Source: a virus
Strand: one strand, 5' to 3'
IMG/VR virus record: IMGVR_UViG_3300027973_000043
Span: 18,489 to 82,488 of that record
DNA length: 64,000 nucleotides
The notes beneath the pieces are model-generated. The model was not told where the DNA came from. It was given only the letters and a program-made list of their open reading frames with translations, and did no database searches. A program made the translations under genes and the position numbers. Positions 18,862 to 29,483 of the stretch are shown here, piece after piece. Within the stretch, counting starts at the first letter, position 1. Each line of letters opens with the position of its first letter.

Positions 18862-21129
18862 TTAAAGCGTACAGGCTCCACCTGCACATTCGGATTGATT
18901 ATCTTCAAGTTCAGCATTTGCTAAACTATCTTTTTTCTTTTTGGTGTTGCAATAATAAAAAGTTTTTATCCCATAGTGTGTTGCCATCATATGTTCTTTT
19001 AATAAAACACTTAAAGGAATATTGCTATCTGGATAAACTTCGCTATCAAAATACATATTGAAACTACTAGACATATCTAACCATTTAGAAATAACCGCAT
19101 TAAGTTTTATTAATTTTTCGTTATTTTTAATGTCAGATTTTTTAGTATAAACATGTTTATATTTTAAATTTGGAACAATTTGAATTGCGGTCTTTTCTAA
19201 AGAACTCTTTTTTATAATGTACGATGTTATGGGTTCAACTCCGTTTGTAGAACCTTGAACTACACTGCTGCTTTCTACAGGCATTTGCGCAGTTAATGTC
19301 ATATTTCTCATACCATATTCTGATATGTCTTTCATCAATCCAGTCCAATCTAAATTGTTACTTTTAACTAATTTATCAACGTTCTTACAATACAAATCTA
19401 GAGGACTATATTCTCCTTTATGATATTTCGAACGATGAAAATGAGGAGCAGGTCCATCAATTTTAGCTAATTGTGTACTAGCATCCATCAAATAATATTG
19501 TTGCTTCTCAAAAAATTCATTTGTCAATTCGAGTGATTCTTGACTCTCATGATTAAAACCTTTAGATGCTAACCACCCAGCAAAATTAGTAACTCCTATT
19601 CCTAATGATCTTTTATTTTTTGCAAAATTTTCACATCCCTTTACTGTATATTCTTGAATGTCAATAAGATTATTTAAAGTTTTTACGATTAACTGACACA
19701 CTCTACGGTGATGTTCGTCATTTTTAATTTTTAGCATATTAACACACGCTAAAACACAAACCCCAATTTCTGCTTCTGGATCATTTGTAAATCTCTCTGC
19801 TTTTAGCGGTTGTAGTATTTCCTGACATAGGTTACTCATCTGAATAGTGTCTTTCCATGGAGAATACTCGTTGGAATGATCAACATTGAGTATGTAATAT
19901 CTAGCAGTTTCTAATCTTTCTGTCATTAGCATTGTAGCCAATCCATCAGATCCTATAGACTGAACTTCTATACGTGGTATTGTTTTATCGTTTTCGTACT
20001 TGATATACAAATTATCAAAATCTGGTGTTCCAAAAACCTCGTATAAATCAGGAACATCTTTACTAGAAAATAGTGATATTTTTTGTTTATTTTTAATGCG
20101 GTTCCAGAAAATATTAGATATTCCTATAGAATAATCTAAGTGATGAACTCTGTTTTCATGCGTTCCTTGGTTATTCTTCAATTGCAGAATAGTCATTATC
20201 TCTGGATGAAATATAGGAAATGTTACTGTTGCTGCTCCTCGTCTTGCACCACCTTGCTGACATGCCTTGATAGTTTCTTGATACATTTTTAGCCATGCTA
20301 CAACACCACTGTGTAGCGTCTCTCCGTTTTTAATGGTGGAGTTGATTGGACGAAGACGGGATAGGTTAAAACCTACACCAAATTTATCACATGTCACCAT
20401 TCCCATAGTAGTATTAGCGGCAAACAGGCTATGTTTTGTGTCCAAAATATCTATGAGACAGCAACTACTATAAGATTTTACTGGAGTTCTTGCACCAGCC
20501 AAAACAGGAGTTGGCCAATTAACTGAAAAATTCTTACTTGTTTCTATATAAAAATTCTTAATCCAATTTATTCTATCTTCCTTTTCATTGGCAAAAAGAG
20601 ACATAGCCATTCCTATAATCTGAAATTGCGGAGTTTCCAGAATTTGTTTAGTTTTTCTATTTTGAATAAGATATTTACTCATTAATTGAGTTAATCCGCC
20701 ATAAGGAAATAAGAAATCTCTGTCATGGTCAATCATCTCGTTTATTTTGTTGATTTCTTTTTCCGAATATTTCTCTAAGAGAGAAGAGTCATAATACTTC
20801 TGACTTATTAAGTTTTTTAAAAAATCTAATAATTTTGGAGGATTTTTACCACCCCATACAATTTTTCTTAGTTTATAATTTAAGAGATTAGCTGCAACTT
20901 TTTCATAATTTGGAGAATCAATAGTTATAAGGTCTTCTGCCGAAGCAATAAGCGCATCATGTATAGATTCTGATGTTATAGAATCTATAATTGAAAGTTT
21001 AGCTTTAACAATAATATCTGTTACATTAACATCTTTTATATTTTCGGTTGCCCATTCTAAGACTTTATTGATCTTGTTTGCGTCAAATGTCTCTCTTTTT
21101 CCATCTCGTTTTATAATTGTTATATCCAT
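18862..21129 (-). CDS. nrdA: ribonucleotide reductase class Ia alpha subunit with ATP cone
   Basis: IIKRDGKRE, PTPVLAG, SSCC, SNLCQEI, MPVESSS, KTFYY, CAGGAC. Confidence 0.97.
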   Translation of the reverse strand: MDITIIKRDGKRETFDANKINKVLEWATENIKDVNVTDIIVKAKLSIIDSITSESIHDALIASAEDLITIDSPNYEKVAANLLNYKLRKIVWGGKNPPKLLDFLKNLISQKYYDSSLLEKYSEKEINKINEMIDHDRDFLFPYGGLTQLMSKYLIQNRKTKQILETPQFQIIGMAMSLFANEKEDRINWIKNFYIETSKNFSVNWPTPVLAGARTPVKSYSSCCLIDILDTKHSLFAANTTMGMVTCDKFGVGFNLSRLRPINSTIKNGETLHSGVVAWLKMYQETIKACQQGGARRGAATVTFPIFHPEIMTILQLKNNQGTHENRVHHLDYSIGISNIFWNRIKNKQKISLFSSKDVPDLYEVFGTPDFDNLYIKYENDKTIPRIEVQSIGSDGLATMLMTERLETARYYILNVDHSNEYSPWKDTIQMSNLCQEILQPLKAERFTNDPEAEIGVCVLACVNMLKIKNDEHHRRVCQLIVKTLNNLIDIQEYTVKGCENFAKNKRSLGIGVTNFAGWLASKGFNHESQESLELTNEFFEKQQYYLMDASTQLAKIDGPAPHFHRSKYHKGEYSPLDLYCKNVDKLVKSNNLDWTGLMKDISEYGMRNMTLTAQMPVESSSVVQGSTNGVEPITSYIIKKSSLEKTAIQIVPNLKYKHVYTKKSDIKNNEKLIKLNAVISKWLDMSSSFNMYFDSEVYPDSNIPLSVLLKEHMMATHYGIKTFYYCNTKKKKDSLANAELEDNQSECAGGACTL

Positions 21130-21277
21130 GATTAATTTATTAGTACTCGTAAATAAGTATAAGCTACTTACTTTCTATAATGTCTTTTACATTACCATAA
21201 AAATGAAAAAAAATACACTATTAAATAAGGTTTTTTTCTCATTTTTTATCCAAAAAAAGCTAAAAAAGTTAAAAAAA

Positions 21278-21309
21278 GAGGAGTCTTAGATATTTATCTA
21301 AGACTCCTC
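21278..21309. terminator. strong hairpin after rIIB
   Basis: GAGGAGTCTTAGATA-TT-TATCTAAGACTCCTC perfect inverted repeat with an adjacent A/T tract. Confidence 0.75.
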
Positions 21310-21325
21310 CTTAAACTTTTTCTTT

Positions 21326-22321
21326 TTAATCGGTCAGGTATACATAATAACCATCTTCAAATTCTTGCCAATAATAACCAAGAACATCAAGAGCATCAAG
21401 CACTCGTTGACGAGAAGGATATTCAGGAGAGAAAGAATTTTGAATCTTACGAATAGAAACACTTTCCTCACCTTTTTCAAGCTGACGAGTCAAATATGCA
21501 TAAATACGATCAACAAATTCGTCACGATTTTCATCAGAAACACTTTTCATAGGAGTATTGTCTTCGGAAACTGCAAGTGCAGTAATTTCAGAAATATATT
21601 CACTTACAACAGTGTATGCACTTACACGACACTTCTGACAATTATAATCACTTGGAACGCTTACAACGTCTTTTGGATTTACTTTTACTACAACTATTTT
21701 ACCTTGGGAGAAACTAGAAGCATAATCATGGCTACCAACATGTAAACCGTTTGAACAGTGATTTGCACGATTATCATCAACATCACGACGAAGAACTTCA
21801 ATTTCTTCGCCAATTCCGTTAAAGATGTGTCCTTGTTCATCAACTTCACCTTTAAGAACTTTTGTATCTTTGTTGCCATTAATACTCCAGAAGTTATTTA
21901 AAAGACCTTTATAAGCAAGAAAACAACCATCTTCTGTAAGAGGAAGTTCCTTATATGCAAGGAAATCATACAATTCGTTTACGCTAGTTTGCGATGGATT
22001 GTCACGAAGATTTTTCCAAAACTTTTTAAACAAATTTATAGGAAGATCTTGAGCTACAAGATCTAAAACCTTTTTGGCAAGAATAGGTGGAAGCTTTTCA
22101 CCTTCAAGGTAAACATCTTGATCTTTAACTTCAAAGTCTTTTTCTGTTTGAAGACTATTATTGCTAGAAGAAATAATATCTTTTACAGCAGACTCTTGCT
22201 CATCTTCTGGAAGATCAAAACACTTAATGATCTTTGAGAAGCGAAAGTCTGTTTTTCCAACTTTTGTTGGTTTGTTGTCAAAGAATAATACGATGCTTTT
22301 GCTGTTGATGATGTATTGCAT
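21326..22321 (-). CDS. rIIB: rIIB-like protein
   Basis: LPLTEDGCFLAYK, CSNGLHVG, VKVNPKDVVSVPSDY...KCRV; follows rIIA. Confidence 0.85.
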   Translation of the reverse strand: MQYIINSKSIVLFFDNKPTKVGKTDFRFSKIIKCFDLPEDEQESAVKDIISSSNNSLQTEKDFEVKDQDVYLEGEKLPPILAKKVLDLVAQDLPINLFKKFWKNLRDNPSQTSVNELYDFLAYKELPLTEDGCFLAYKGLLNNFWSINGNKDTKVLKGEVDEQGHIFNGIGEEIEVLRRDVDDNRANHCSNGLHVGSHDYASSFSQGKIVVVKVNPKDVVSVPSDYNCQKCRVSAYTVVSEYISEITALAVSEDNTPMKSVSDENRDEFVDRIYAYLTRQLEKGEESVSIRKIQNSFSPEYPSRQRVLDALDVLGYYWQEFEDGYYVYLTD

Positions 22322-22357
22322 GGGATTTAATATACTATAGGTTTATGTGTCTGTCAA

Positions 22358-24274
22358 TTATTTTAGTGTGAGAATTTTACGAAGGTCTTTTCGAGAAATA
22401 TATTTGTTGAACCAATGACTTTTACTTTCACGTTGCATAGTTTCAAAAATAATTCCACGCAAACTCTTTTCATCAATAAGTTTTTTACAAATATTACTAG
22501 CTTTGATTAGAAACTTTTTATTCTTTAAAAATTTCTTTTTGAACTTATCCTGTTCACTAAAAGAAAAGAAATTAAAAGTAACTAATTCTGTCATTTTATT
22601 AAATTCTTTTTCTTGATTTGTCTTTTCTTCAATCTTTTTAATTACTGCTAAATATTCTGGTGAATGTGCTTTAAACCAACCAAGCTCAATTAAAAAATTA
22701 AACATGTTTCCACTTAATGTTTTTACTTTATTAGTAGTTGTAGAAGTATTTTCAATTGTAAAACGATTTAAATTATTAAAATTTACCCAATCAGTATTTT
22801 TTAATTGTTCTTTAGCTTCATTAATATCTTTTGCTTCTGAAAGATTCAGATCTTTTCTTACGTAGTTATGAATCTCAAGAGCAGTACCTATAAAATCTCT
22901 AGAACGCCAATCAGAACTAAAAACGACTTTTGCTTTAAAAGTGTTAATAGATATTTGATTTTTATTAGTTTTAGGCCAATTAAAAAATGAGCTTTTTACC
23001 TTTTTGAAAAGAAAAAGTTCTTCTAATTTTTTCTTATCGTCTTCACTGCATCGCTCATAATATGCATCAGTAACATACATATAACACTTACTCTTAGAAA
23101 TTACATGATTGCAAAACTTTTTAATCCAATAATCTTTACTGTCTTTATTTGGAATAAGAGCAACAATTTTCTTGTTATCTTTTTCTTCAATTTTAAGACT
23201 TACGGTAACTTGCTTTAAATCACGAAGAAGATGATAAAGGTTTGGATAGAGGTCTGCTTTTTTAAAATCAAAAAACTTACCGTAAAGATACATTTCGTTA
23301 ACGTTAGCTAACAGTTCTTCAACAGAAAGAAGAGATTGTTTTTTTGCATCCTCATTGTAGATATGGTTAATGTGATTTTTAATAGATTCGAGGTTTCTCT
23401 TGTTAGAAACAGTATCTTCAAAACTTTCACGGGAAATTGGAAGACTCATTTTTCCAATAGGAATTTCTACCACAAGAAAATGATTTTGTTTCATCAAAAC
23501 ATTTAGAGTAATTTGAACAATACTATCAGTTTTATAAATGACTTCTCCCATTTTATAATAAACATCAGCACAATAGGTAGATTTTGGATTTTTTTTATAA
23601 AGTTTAAACAAAAATCCATTATTTTCAACTGTTTCAACAGGAGAAAAAGGAACATTAAGTTCATCATTATAATAAAACTCAATATTTTTGCTGCAAGTAT
23701 CTACTACAGAAAGTGTACATTTGTAAAAATTACTAATACTAGAAGGTTCAACTTCTACAGAAATTTCAAGACCAGTTTCATTCGTTGGTTCTTCACTAAT
23801 CTTCATAATCTGACCAACAGGAACACCGTTTTTGCCTCCACCAAGAACACAAGTGTAAAGAGTGCAAACACCGTTGTGAAAGCTTTTAACATAAAAAGAA
23901 TCAGTGTAGCAGTGTGCTGCTTTAGAACCTAATCCAAAGCAACCTGATTGTTTATTATCTTCTCTTTTAGAACTCTTGAAATACATTCCAAACACATTAC
24001 GAACATCATTTTCGTTCAATCCCATAGCATAATCACGAACAGAAAATACATTGTTTACTAAACGAACTGTAACAGGTTTTTCGATATTGTATTTAACGTG
24101 CTCATCAAGAGCATTTGTAATATATTCACGAACAACAGCAAGTACTTTGTCGCTATAAATCTTGTCACGAAGAAAGTAACAAGCTTGGTCCATTCCAGAA
24201 GAATCCATTCCCATTACAGAACTTGGCATTTCTTCGGAGACGATAAGAGGATTTGTAGTTAGCTGCATTTTCAT
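22358..24274 (-). CDS. rIIA: rIIA-like protein (GHKL ATPase N-terminus)
   Basis: IYSDKVLAVVREYITNALD, VRDYAMG, GCFGLGSKA, SRES. Confidence 0.88.
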   Translation of the reverse strand: MKMQLTTNPLIVSEEMPSSVMGMDSSGMDQACYFLRDKIYSDKVLAVVREYITNALDEHVKYNIEKPVTVRLVNNVFSVRDYAMGLNENDVRNVFGMYFKSSKREDNKQSGCFGLGSKAAHCYTDSFYVKSFHNGVCTLYTCVLGGGKNGVPVGQIMKISEEPTNETGLEISVEVEPSSISNFYKCTLSVVDTCSKNIEFYYNDELNVPFSPVETVENNGFLFKLYKKNPKSTYCADVYYKMGEVIYKTDSIVQITLNVLMKQNHFLVVEIPIGKMSLPISRESFEDTVSNKRNLESIKNHINHIYNEDAKKQSLLSVEELLANVNEMYLYGKFFDFKKADLYPNLYHLLRDLKQVTVSLKIEEKDNKKIVALIPNKDSKDYWIKKFCNHVISKSKCYMYVTDAYYERCSEDDKKKLEELFLFKKVKSSFFNWPKTNKNQISINTFKAKVVFSSDWRSRDFIGTALEIHNYVRKDLNLSEAKDINEAKEQLKNTDWVNFNNLNRFTIENTSTTTNKVKTLSGNMFNFLIELGWFKAHSPEYLAVIKKIEEKTNQEKEFNKMTELVTFNFFSFSEQDKFKKKFLKNKKFLIKASNICKKLIDEKSLRGIIFETMQRESKSHWFNKYISRKDLRKILTLK

Positions 24275-24376
24275 AGGCGCGAATAATATAAAGAGGAAAG
24301 AAAGGTTGTCAAATAAATAAAATCATGAACTTTAAAACATCAAAAAAAAAATAAATACTATAAATACATATATCAT

Positions 24377-25137
24377 ATGGATAATTTATCTCTAATATAC
24401 GAAAATAGTTTACATAATAGAATTCGTCGCGATGTCGTTCAAGAATTTATATATCAAAAAACTAATAACAAACATCAAAAAGCAGAATATATGATTGAAC
24501 ATGTATTAAATGTTTCAGAGTTAGAATATTAACAGAACAAGGATTTTTAAAGAAAATAGGTCAAGGTGTTAAAAATATTGCTAAAAAAGCTGCACCTTAT
24601 GCAGCAGCAGGATTAATGGCAGCAGGTGCAGCAAGAGGTGAAACTCATATGGAAAATCCGCAGGCAATGAGAACTAATCAATATCAAGAACAAGATTTTA
24701 GGGTTAAATCTTTTGAATCCCAGGTGGAATCTTTAAGAGAAGTGGAGCAGAAATGGTCCGGGGTTTTAAACGAAATACAAAGAATAAATCGAAACCTGAC
24801 ATTGTCCAAGAGAAATAATCCTGAACTCGAACTTCGTCAAAGAGAAAATATTTTAAAATTACAAGACGTACGCAATAACATAATTATTGGATTTACTGAC
24901 GATATTGAACAGGAAAATGAAATTCGTCGCGAGTACAATGAATTGCGTCCCGAGGACAGAAAACCAGAGTTAACCGTGTCTGTAAAAAGATTAAATCAAA
25001 TTATAGAAGGTATGAAGTTAAATACTTCTAATTTTGATAATTTGGGAGATTATGTTGATAAAATGTCTAAAGCAGTTAGTGCATTAGAACAAGAAGCGAT
25101 GAACATCCAAAAAATAATAGGTGGGAATGGATACTGA
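24377..25137 (+). pseudogene. frameshifted gene; 5' part stops near 24530 and the C-terminal frame contains the 24616..25137 ORF
   Basis: MDNLSLIYENS... ends ELEY*; the shifted frame continues ILTEQGFLKKIGQGVKNIAKKAAPYAAAGLMAAGAARG. Confidence 0.6.
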
Positions 25138-25297
25138 AAGTAGCGCGTTGAACTGAGAAAGATAGTAGAAAATACTATAAGTACATATATCATATGGATA
25201 ATTTATCTCTAATATACGAAAATAGTTTACAAATCACCGCAATTGTAATATAAATATAAATATCATACCGTTCTTTTAAACTTACAAAAATCTAAAG

Positions 25298-26518
25298 TCA
25301 TATTTTTAAGATATACACTCTCGATTTTTTGTTAAATTCTTCGTTCAACGACGGGCTAACCAAACTTGCGTTTGATGAACTCCCATCTCCAGAAGCGTCA
25401 ATTCGGGAAGAACTTTCCCTATAAATTTGTTTTAGATTCAAACTCGCATTTAAATCTCTGTCTATTTTCATATCGCATACCTTACATTCAAATATTCTGT
25501 CTGTCAACTTCAAATCTGAATTTTTCCATCCACAACATGAACATAGTTTAGAACTAGGATAAAAAGTATCTGCAAAGATAACTTTTCTATTATTCCATTC
25601 TGCTTTGTAAATGATTTGACGGCGAAATTCGTGAAGTCCAACATCACTAATAGCTTGCGCCAAACAATGATTTTTCATCATATTGCTCACTTTCAAATCT
25701 TCCAAAACTATAACTTGGTTTTCGTCTATAATTTTAGAAGTGATTTTATGCAAGCAATCTTTACGAATGTTTGATATGTGAAAATGTAATTTCGCTAATT
25801 TTTGTTTTGCTTTTCCATAATTTTTACTTCCTTTTTTCTTTCTGCTTAATTGTCTTTGTTTTCTTTTAAGTTTCTTTAAATTATTTTTAAGTGCTTTGGG
25901 ATTTTCATAAGCTGTCCCGTCTGAGCAAGTAGCCAGAGTTTTAATCCCTAAATCTATCCCTATTACCTCGTTCTTAGCGTCAGAATGCTCTCTGTCGGGC
26001 GTTTCTACTTGAACTGATACAAACCACTTACCCGCTCGTTTGGAGACTGTAGCAGACAATATTTTACAATCAGTAGGAATATAATCTTTCTCCGCTAATT
26101 TAAGTTTTCCAATTCTAGGTAATTTAATACAACCAGATTCAACCGAAATTACTCCATCCAATCTAAATGATTGCTTTTCGTTCTTTTTGGATTTGAATTT
26201 GGGGAATCCTTTCTTACCTTTGACCTTTTTCTTGCAACGGATGAAGAAATTTTGAAATGCTTTGTCGCAATCTCTTAGTGCATTTTGCGGCGAAGTCTTG
26301 CTTGAATTATACATCCAAGGAACATCTGATTGTTTTAGCTTGTTTAACTCTCTATGTAATTCAATAGCATTAGGAATCTTTTCTTTTTTATCAAACGATT
26401 CTTTCTTATTAGATAATGCCCAATTATATGCCCATCTAGCACAACCAATATGCTGCAATAACAAGTTTTGTTGCTTGTTATTGACATCTAGTTGAACTTT
26501 ATAGGCGCGTAAAATCAT
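25298..26518 (-). CDS. tnpB: RNA-guided endonuclease TnpB
   Basis: HTH N-terminus, RuvC GIDLG / VLEDL / DRDLNAS, zinc finger CSCC...CKVC; catalytic residues intact. Confidence 0.95.
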   Translation of the reverse strand: MILRAYKVQLDVNNKQQNLLLQHIGCARWAYNWALSNKKESFDKKEKIPNAIELHRELNKLKQSDVPWMYNSSKTSPQNALRDCDKAFQNFFIRCKKKVKGKKGFPKFKSKKNEKQSFRLDGVISVESGCIKLPRIGKLKLAEKDYIPTDCKILSATVSKRAGKWFVSVQVETPDREHSDAKNEVIGIDLGIKTLATCSDGTAYENPKALKNNLKKLKRKQRQLSRKKKGSKNYGKAKQKLAKLHFHISNIRKDCLHKITSKIIDENQVIVLEDLKVSNMMKNHCLAQAISDVGLHEFRRQIIYKAEWNNRKVIFADTFYPSSKLCSCCGWKNSDLKLTDRIFECKVCDMKIDRDLNASLNLKQIYRESSSRIDASGDGSSSNASLVSPSLNEEFNKKSRVYILKI

Positions 26519-27240
26519 TTTAATCTTTCTAAACAAATATCGTAATACTCTTGTTCCTTTTCAATCCCAATGAATTGACGATTGAGATTTTTAGCGGCAA
26601 GTAAGGTTGAGCCTGAACCAGCACAATTATCAAGAATTAATTCCCCCTCATTACTATATGTTTTAATCAGATACTCTAAAAGTTCTACGGGTTTTTGAGT
26701 TGGGTGCAACTTTCCGTTACGATTTGGGACAACTTTAAAATCTAAAACAGAACTAGGTTGAACAAAATTTGGGTCATATTTCTTTTTGATTTTATCTAGT
26801 TTTACATGATTAGAATCGCCACAATAATGGTCATAATTATAACAAGCCTTGCCAACACCAACTCGCTCTTTCATAATAGGGTTATATGTAGGTTGTTCGC
26901 GATGGAAAACAAGAATGTCTTCGTGATATTTCATTGGTCTATACTTTGCCGCCGACATTCCAGTTGGAACGTTCTTATTCCAAACTAAAGGATACTTAAA
27001 ATTTTTTCTGTTGGATAGTATCAAATCCGTGGTAAATGGTTGACTGGCAAATAATACAACTGCCGCATTAGACTTGCATATTCTGTTGTATTGTTCCCAC
27101 AATTCATCAAACGGAATAATTACATCCCATGCACAAGAAATAGTGCCATATGGTAAATCACATAAAATCATATCTATGCTCCCGTCTGGAATATTTTTCA
27201 TCAACTCTAAACAATCTCCATACCAAATTTGTTGTTTCAT
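26515..27240 (-). CDS. DNA N6-A/N4-C methyltransferase (beta class)
   Basis: GDCLELM, DLPYG, HPTQKP, LDNCAGSGST. Confidence 0.93.
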   Translation of the reverse strand: MKQQIWYGDCLELMKNIPDGSIDMILCDLPYGTISCAWDVIIPFDELWEQYNRICKSNAAVVLFASQPFTTDLILSNRKNFKYPLVWNKNVPTGMSAAKYRPMKYHEDILVFHREQPTYNPIMKERVGVGKACYNYDHYCGDSNHVKLDKIKKKYDPNFVQPSSVLDFKVVPNRNGKLHPTQKPVELLEYLIKTYSNEGELILDNCAGSGSTLLAAKNLNRQFIGIEKEQEYYDICLERLK

Positions 27241-27869
27241 TCTGCCTCCTCCTTTTCTTTCTTTTTACGGTTCTGACTTGAACGCCTTCCGTAAATTTTC
27301 GCCGAAAATGATGCCATCAAAGATAGAATATCTTCCACCAGTTCGTTTTCAAAACTCTTACTCATTACCTCTTCAACCTTCTCAATCCTAACTCCATAAG
27401 AATTAAAATAAGACAAAAGATAATTAAAACAAAATCTCGACAATCTATCTTTATGTTCAATTAAAACCACATCAATTTCTTTCTGCTCAACCAATTCAAA
27501 GAGTTTCTGCAATTTCTTACGATTATCATTCATTCCCGAACCAACTTCGTCAAAAACAGCAATGATAGAATAACCGCGCTTTAATGCTTCCGTAGTCATT
27601 CTGCCAACTTGTCTTTCTAAATCACCTTTGGTCTTCTGCTCATGCGAGCTAACGCGACAATAAATGCCCACACGCTTACCATCTGACACTTTAACGGGTT
27701 CTACATAGATTCCTGCCAACTTCTCAATATCGGCTCTATAATAACGTCTATGACCACCTTCTGTATGAAATGGTGTTAATTTGCCTTCACGCTCCCAATT
27801 TCTAAGGGTTTCGTCAGAAACGCCCAAAATAGATGCAGCATCGCTGATTGATAGAATCTTTTTATCCAT
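27237..27869 (-). CDS. tnpA: IS607 transposase (serine recombinase)
   Basis: MerR HTH (TLRNWE..G...GGHRRY), YCRVSS, DEVGSG, DRLSRF, ELVED...FSAKIYGRRS. Confidence 0.95.
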   Translation of the reverse strand: MDKKILSISDAASILGVSDETLRNWEREGKLTPFHTEGGHRRYYRADIEKLAGIYVEPVKVSDGKRVGIYCRVSSHEQKTKGDLERQVGRMTTEALKRGYSIIAVFDEVGSGMNDNRKKLQKLFELVEQKEIDVVLIEHKDRLSRFCFNYLLSYFNSYGVRIEKVEEVMSKSFENELVEDILSLMASFSAKIYGRRSSQNRKKKEKEEAE

Positions 27870-28038
27870 TTTTGTCTATCAATCCTTTCTGTTGAAATAT
27901 TCTAAACCATTCGTCATAGATTCGTTGAAATTCCTCTATTGTTGGGACTTCATCTAATTCAAACGGAATATCATGGATAACTCCATCATCTGTTTCAAAT
28001 TCTGTTGTTGTAACTCTTGTAATCATTTTTGGCTTCAT
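27862..28038 (-). CDS. 58-aa acidic ORF at the start of the IS607 operon (not in ORF track)
   Basis: MKPKMITRVTTTEFETDDG...LIDKNG*; overlaps the tnpA start. Confidence 0.55.
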   Translation of the reverse strand: MKPKMITRVTTTEFETDDGVIHDIPFELDEVPTIEEFQRIYDEWFRIFQQKGLIDKNG

Positions 28039-28515
28039 ATATATTTACACTAAAAGTTTAGATTTTGGAAGAAAAAAGTGAAAATATTTTAACTTTCTTT
28101 AGATATTTTAGATTATCGGGTAACTGTTGTCAACCCGCCACGCCTCTCCACGATGCGAAATTTGGCGGGTTTTTTATATCAAAAACATTAAGCAATAAAA
28201 AATCCTTTTACAGAAAACATTTAAATTATGAGTGATATATATTGGCTAAACAAGGACTCTAAAGCTTTTTTACTTTTTTCTTTCTGCTTTTTTTCATAAC
28301 TTCCTGATTGAGGCGAATTTGAATATTTTTAACTTTTGAATTTAAAATGTTGCATTGTGTAGAATATCCCGGTGCATAGTGTGGACGACCTCCGCTCACT
28401 GAAACATATTTCTTTCGGCATTCATTTAATTCGTCTTGAATTTCTTTGTATTGAACTAATAATTCTTTAATAGCAGGAGAAGAATTAAAATGAATAATGT
28501 TCAAAAGATTTTTCA

Positions 28516-29022
28516 TTAAATTTTACAGATAAAAACATTTTTGTGAGAGTTCAGAAAAATCTTCTCGATAATTTCTTCTACAAGATTCCAATCAGCACCA
28601 CCAAGACCACATCCAATTTTATATGGAATATAAATGTCTGTTAATGTATTGGCTACATCTTCTAAACCAATACCACTAAAATAAATAGTTTCTTTATCAT
28701 CACCATAGAAATTTGTACTTGCGATTCTTTTGAAACCTGTAATGAGTGCAGAGTATTCTGTTTGTTGTTCTTTTGTTCCAATATTGTCTTGTCCAAACAA
28801 ATTAGCAACAATAACATTATGAGCTACATTCACTTGAAACACGCTTCCTAATAGCATAATTGGTAGTTTTTGACGTTTGATATGAGCACGATATTCATCA
28901 GCGTTTTTGGGCCATTTGTGTGCAATTGCACCTGCAAGTCCACCAACTGCTCCAATGCAATTAACAGAATGAACGATTACTCCTTTATCTACTGTAAGAA
29001 TGTCTTTATTGATTATATTCAT
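28516..29022 (-). CDS. macro domain (ADP-ribose processing) protein
   Basis: DIL...IVHSVNCIGAVGGLAGAI, ANLFGQ, PYKIGCGLGGADW. Confidence 0.88.
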   Translation of the reverse strand: MNIINKDILTVDKGVIVHSVNCIGAVGGLAGAIAHKWPKNADEYRAHIKRQKLPIMLLGSVFQVNVAHNVIVANLFGQDNIGTKEQQTEYSALITGFKRIASTNFYGDDKETIYFSGIGLEDVANTLTDIYIPYKIGCGLGGADWNLVEEIIEKIFLNSHKNVFICKI

Positions 29023-29483
29023 AAATTTAAAAGTTTTTTATTTTCCATAATATTTCCAACCACTTCCATAGTTGGCAGCGGAGTAAATGGCCATGAACTA
29101 CTTTCCGTTCCATCAAAATGAAGAAGCACCCAACCATAATGCTCCCATGCTACTAAGTCAACAAAATCTGCTTTTGGATCATCAAAATAGTATTTAACAA
29201 TGTCACCTTCATAAATTTCAACTCCTTTGGGGTCTTTTAATCCAGTGTATTGCTGGATAACATATCTTGGTTCTTTGATTAGTTTTCCATCTTCCCAATA
29301 ATAATCATTAGCAGGTGAAGCAGAAAAATTCTCACCATTCTCGTCGCAAGTTTCAACATAATCAACAACATTACCTGTGAATGGGCAAATTGTCCAATTG
29401 CTGTTGCAATGAAAACTGCTGCTGTTTTCTAGCCACTTTTTATTCTGTTTATCCCAAATGCGGAACTTTATTTGTCTATTCAT
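29019..29483 (-). CDS. YopX family protein
   Basis: IKFRIWDK...QQYTGLKD..G.EIYEGDI...EVVGNI. Confidence 0.9.
   Translation of the reverse strand: MNRQIKFRIWDKQNKKWLENSSSFHCNSNWTICPFTGNVVDYVETCDENGENFSASPANDYYWEDGKLIKEPRYVIQQYTGLKDPKGVEIYEGDIVKYYFDDPKADFVDLVAWEHYGWVLLHFDGTESSSWPFTPLPTMEVVGNIMENKKLLNL

Larger units (their letters stand above)
25268..28135 (-). mobile_element. IS607-family element carrying a small ORF, tnpA, a DNA methyltransferase and tnpB
   Basis: MerR-HTH serine recombinase plus TnpB; probable ends ...TTTAAAAGAACGG (right) and GGTTGACAACAGTTAC (left) with short TCTAAA-type direct repeats; ends approximate. Confidence 0.85.

Noticed and set aside
17792-21129. Intron or intein in nrdA/nrdB
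   Set aside because: Both ORFs are continuous and of normal length
28129-28178. GTCAACCCGCCA...TGGCGGGTTTTTT as a tmRNA 3' end or IS200/IS605 end
   Set aside because: No tRNA-like fold or Y1 transposase; simpler as a terminator-like hairpin at the IS607 boundary
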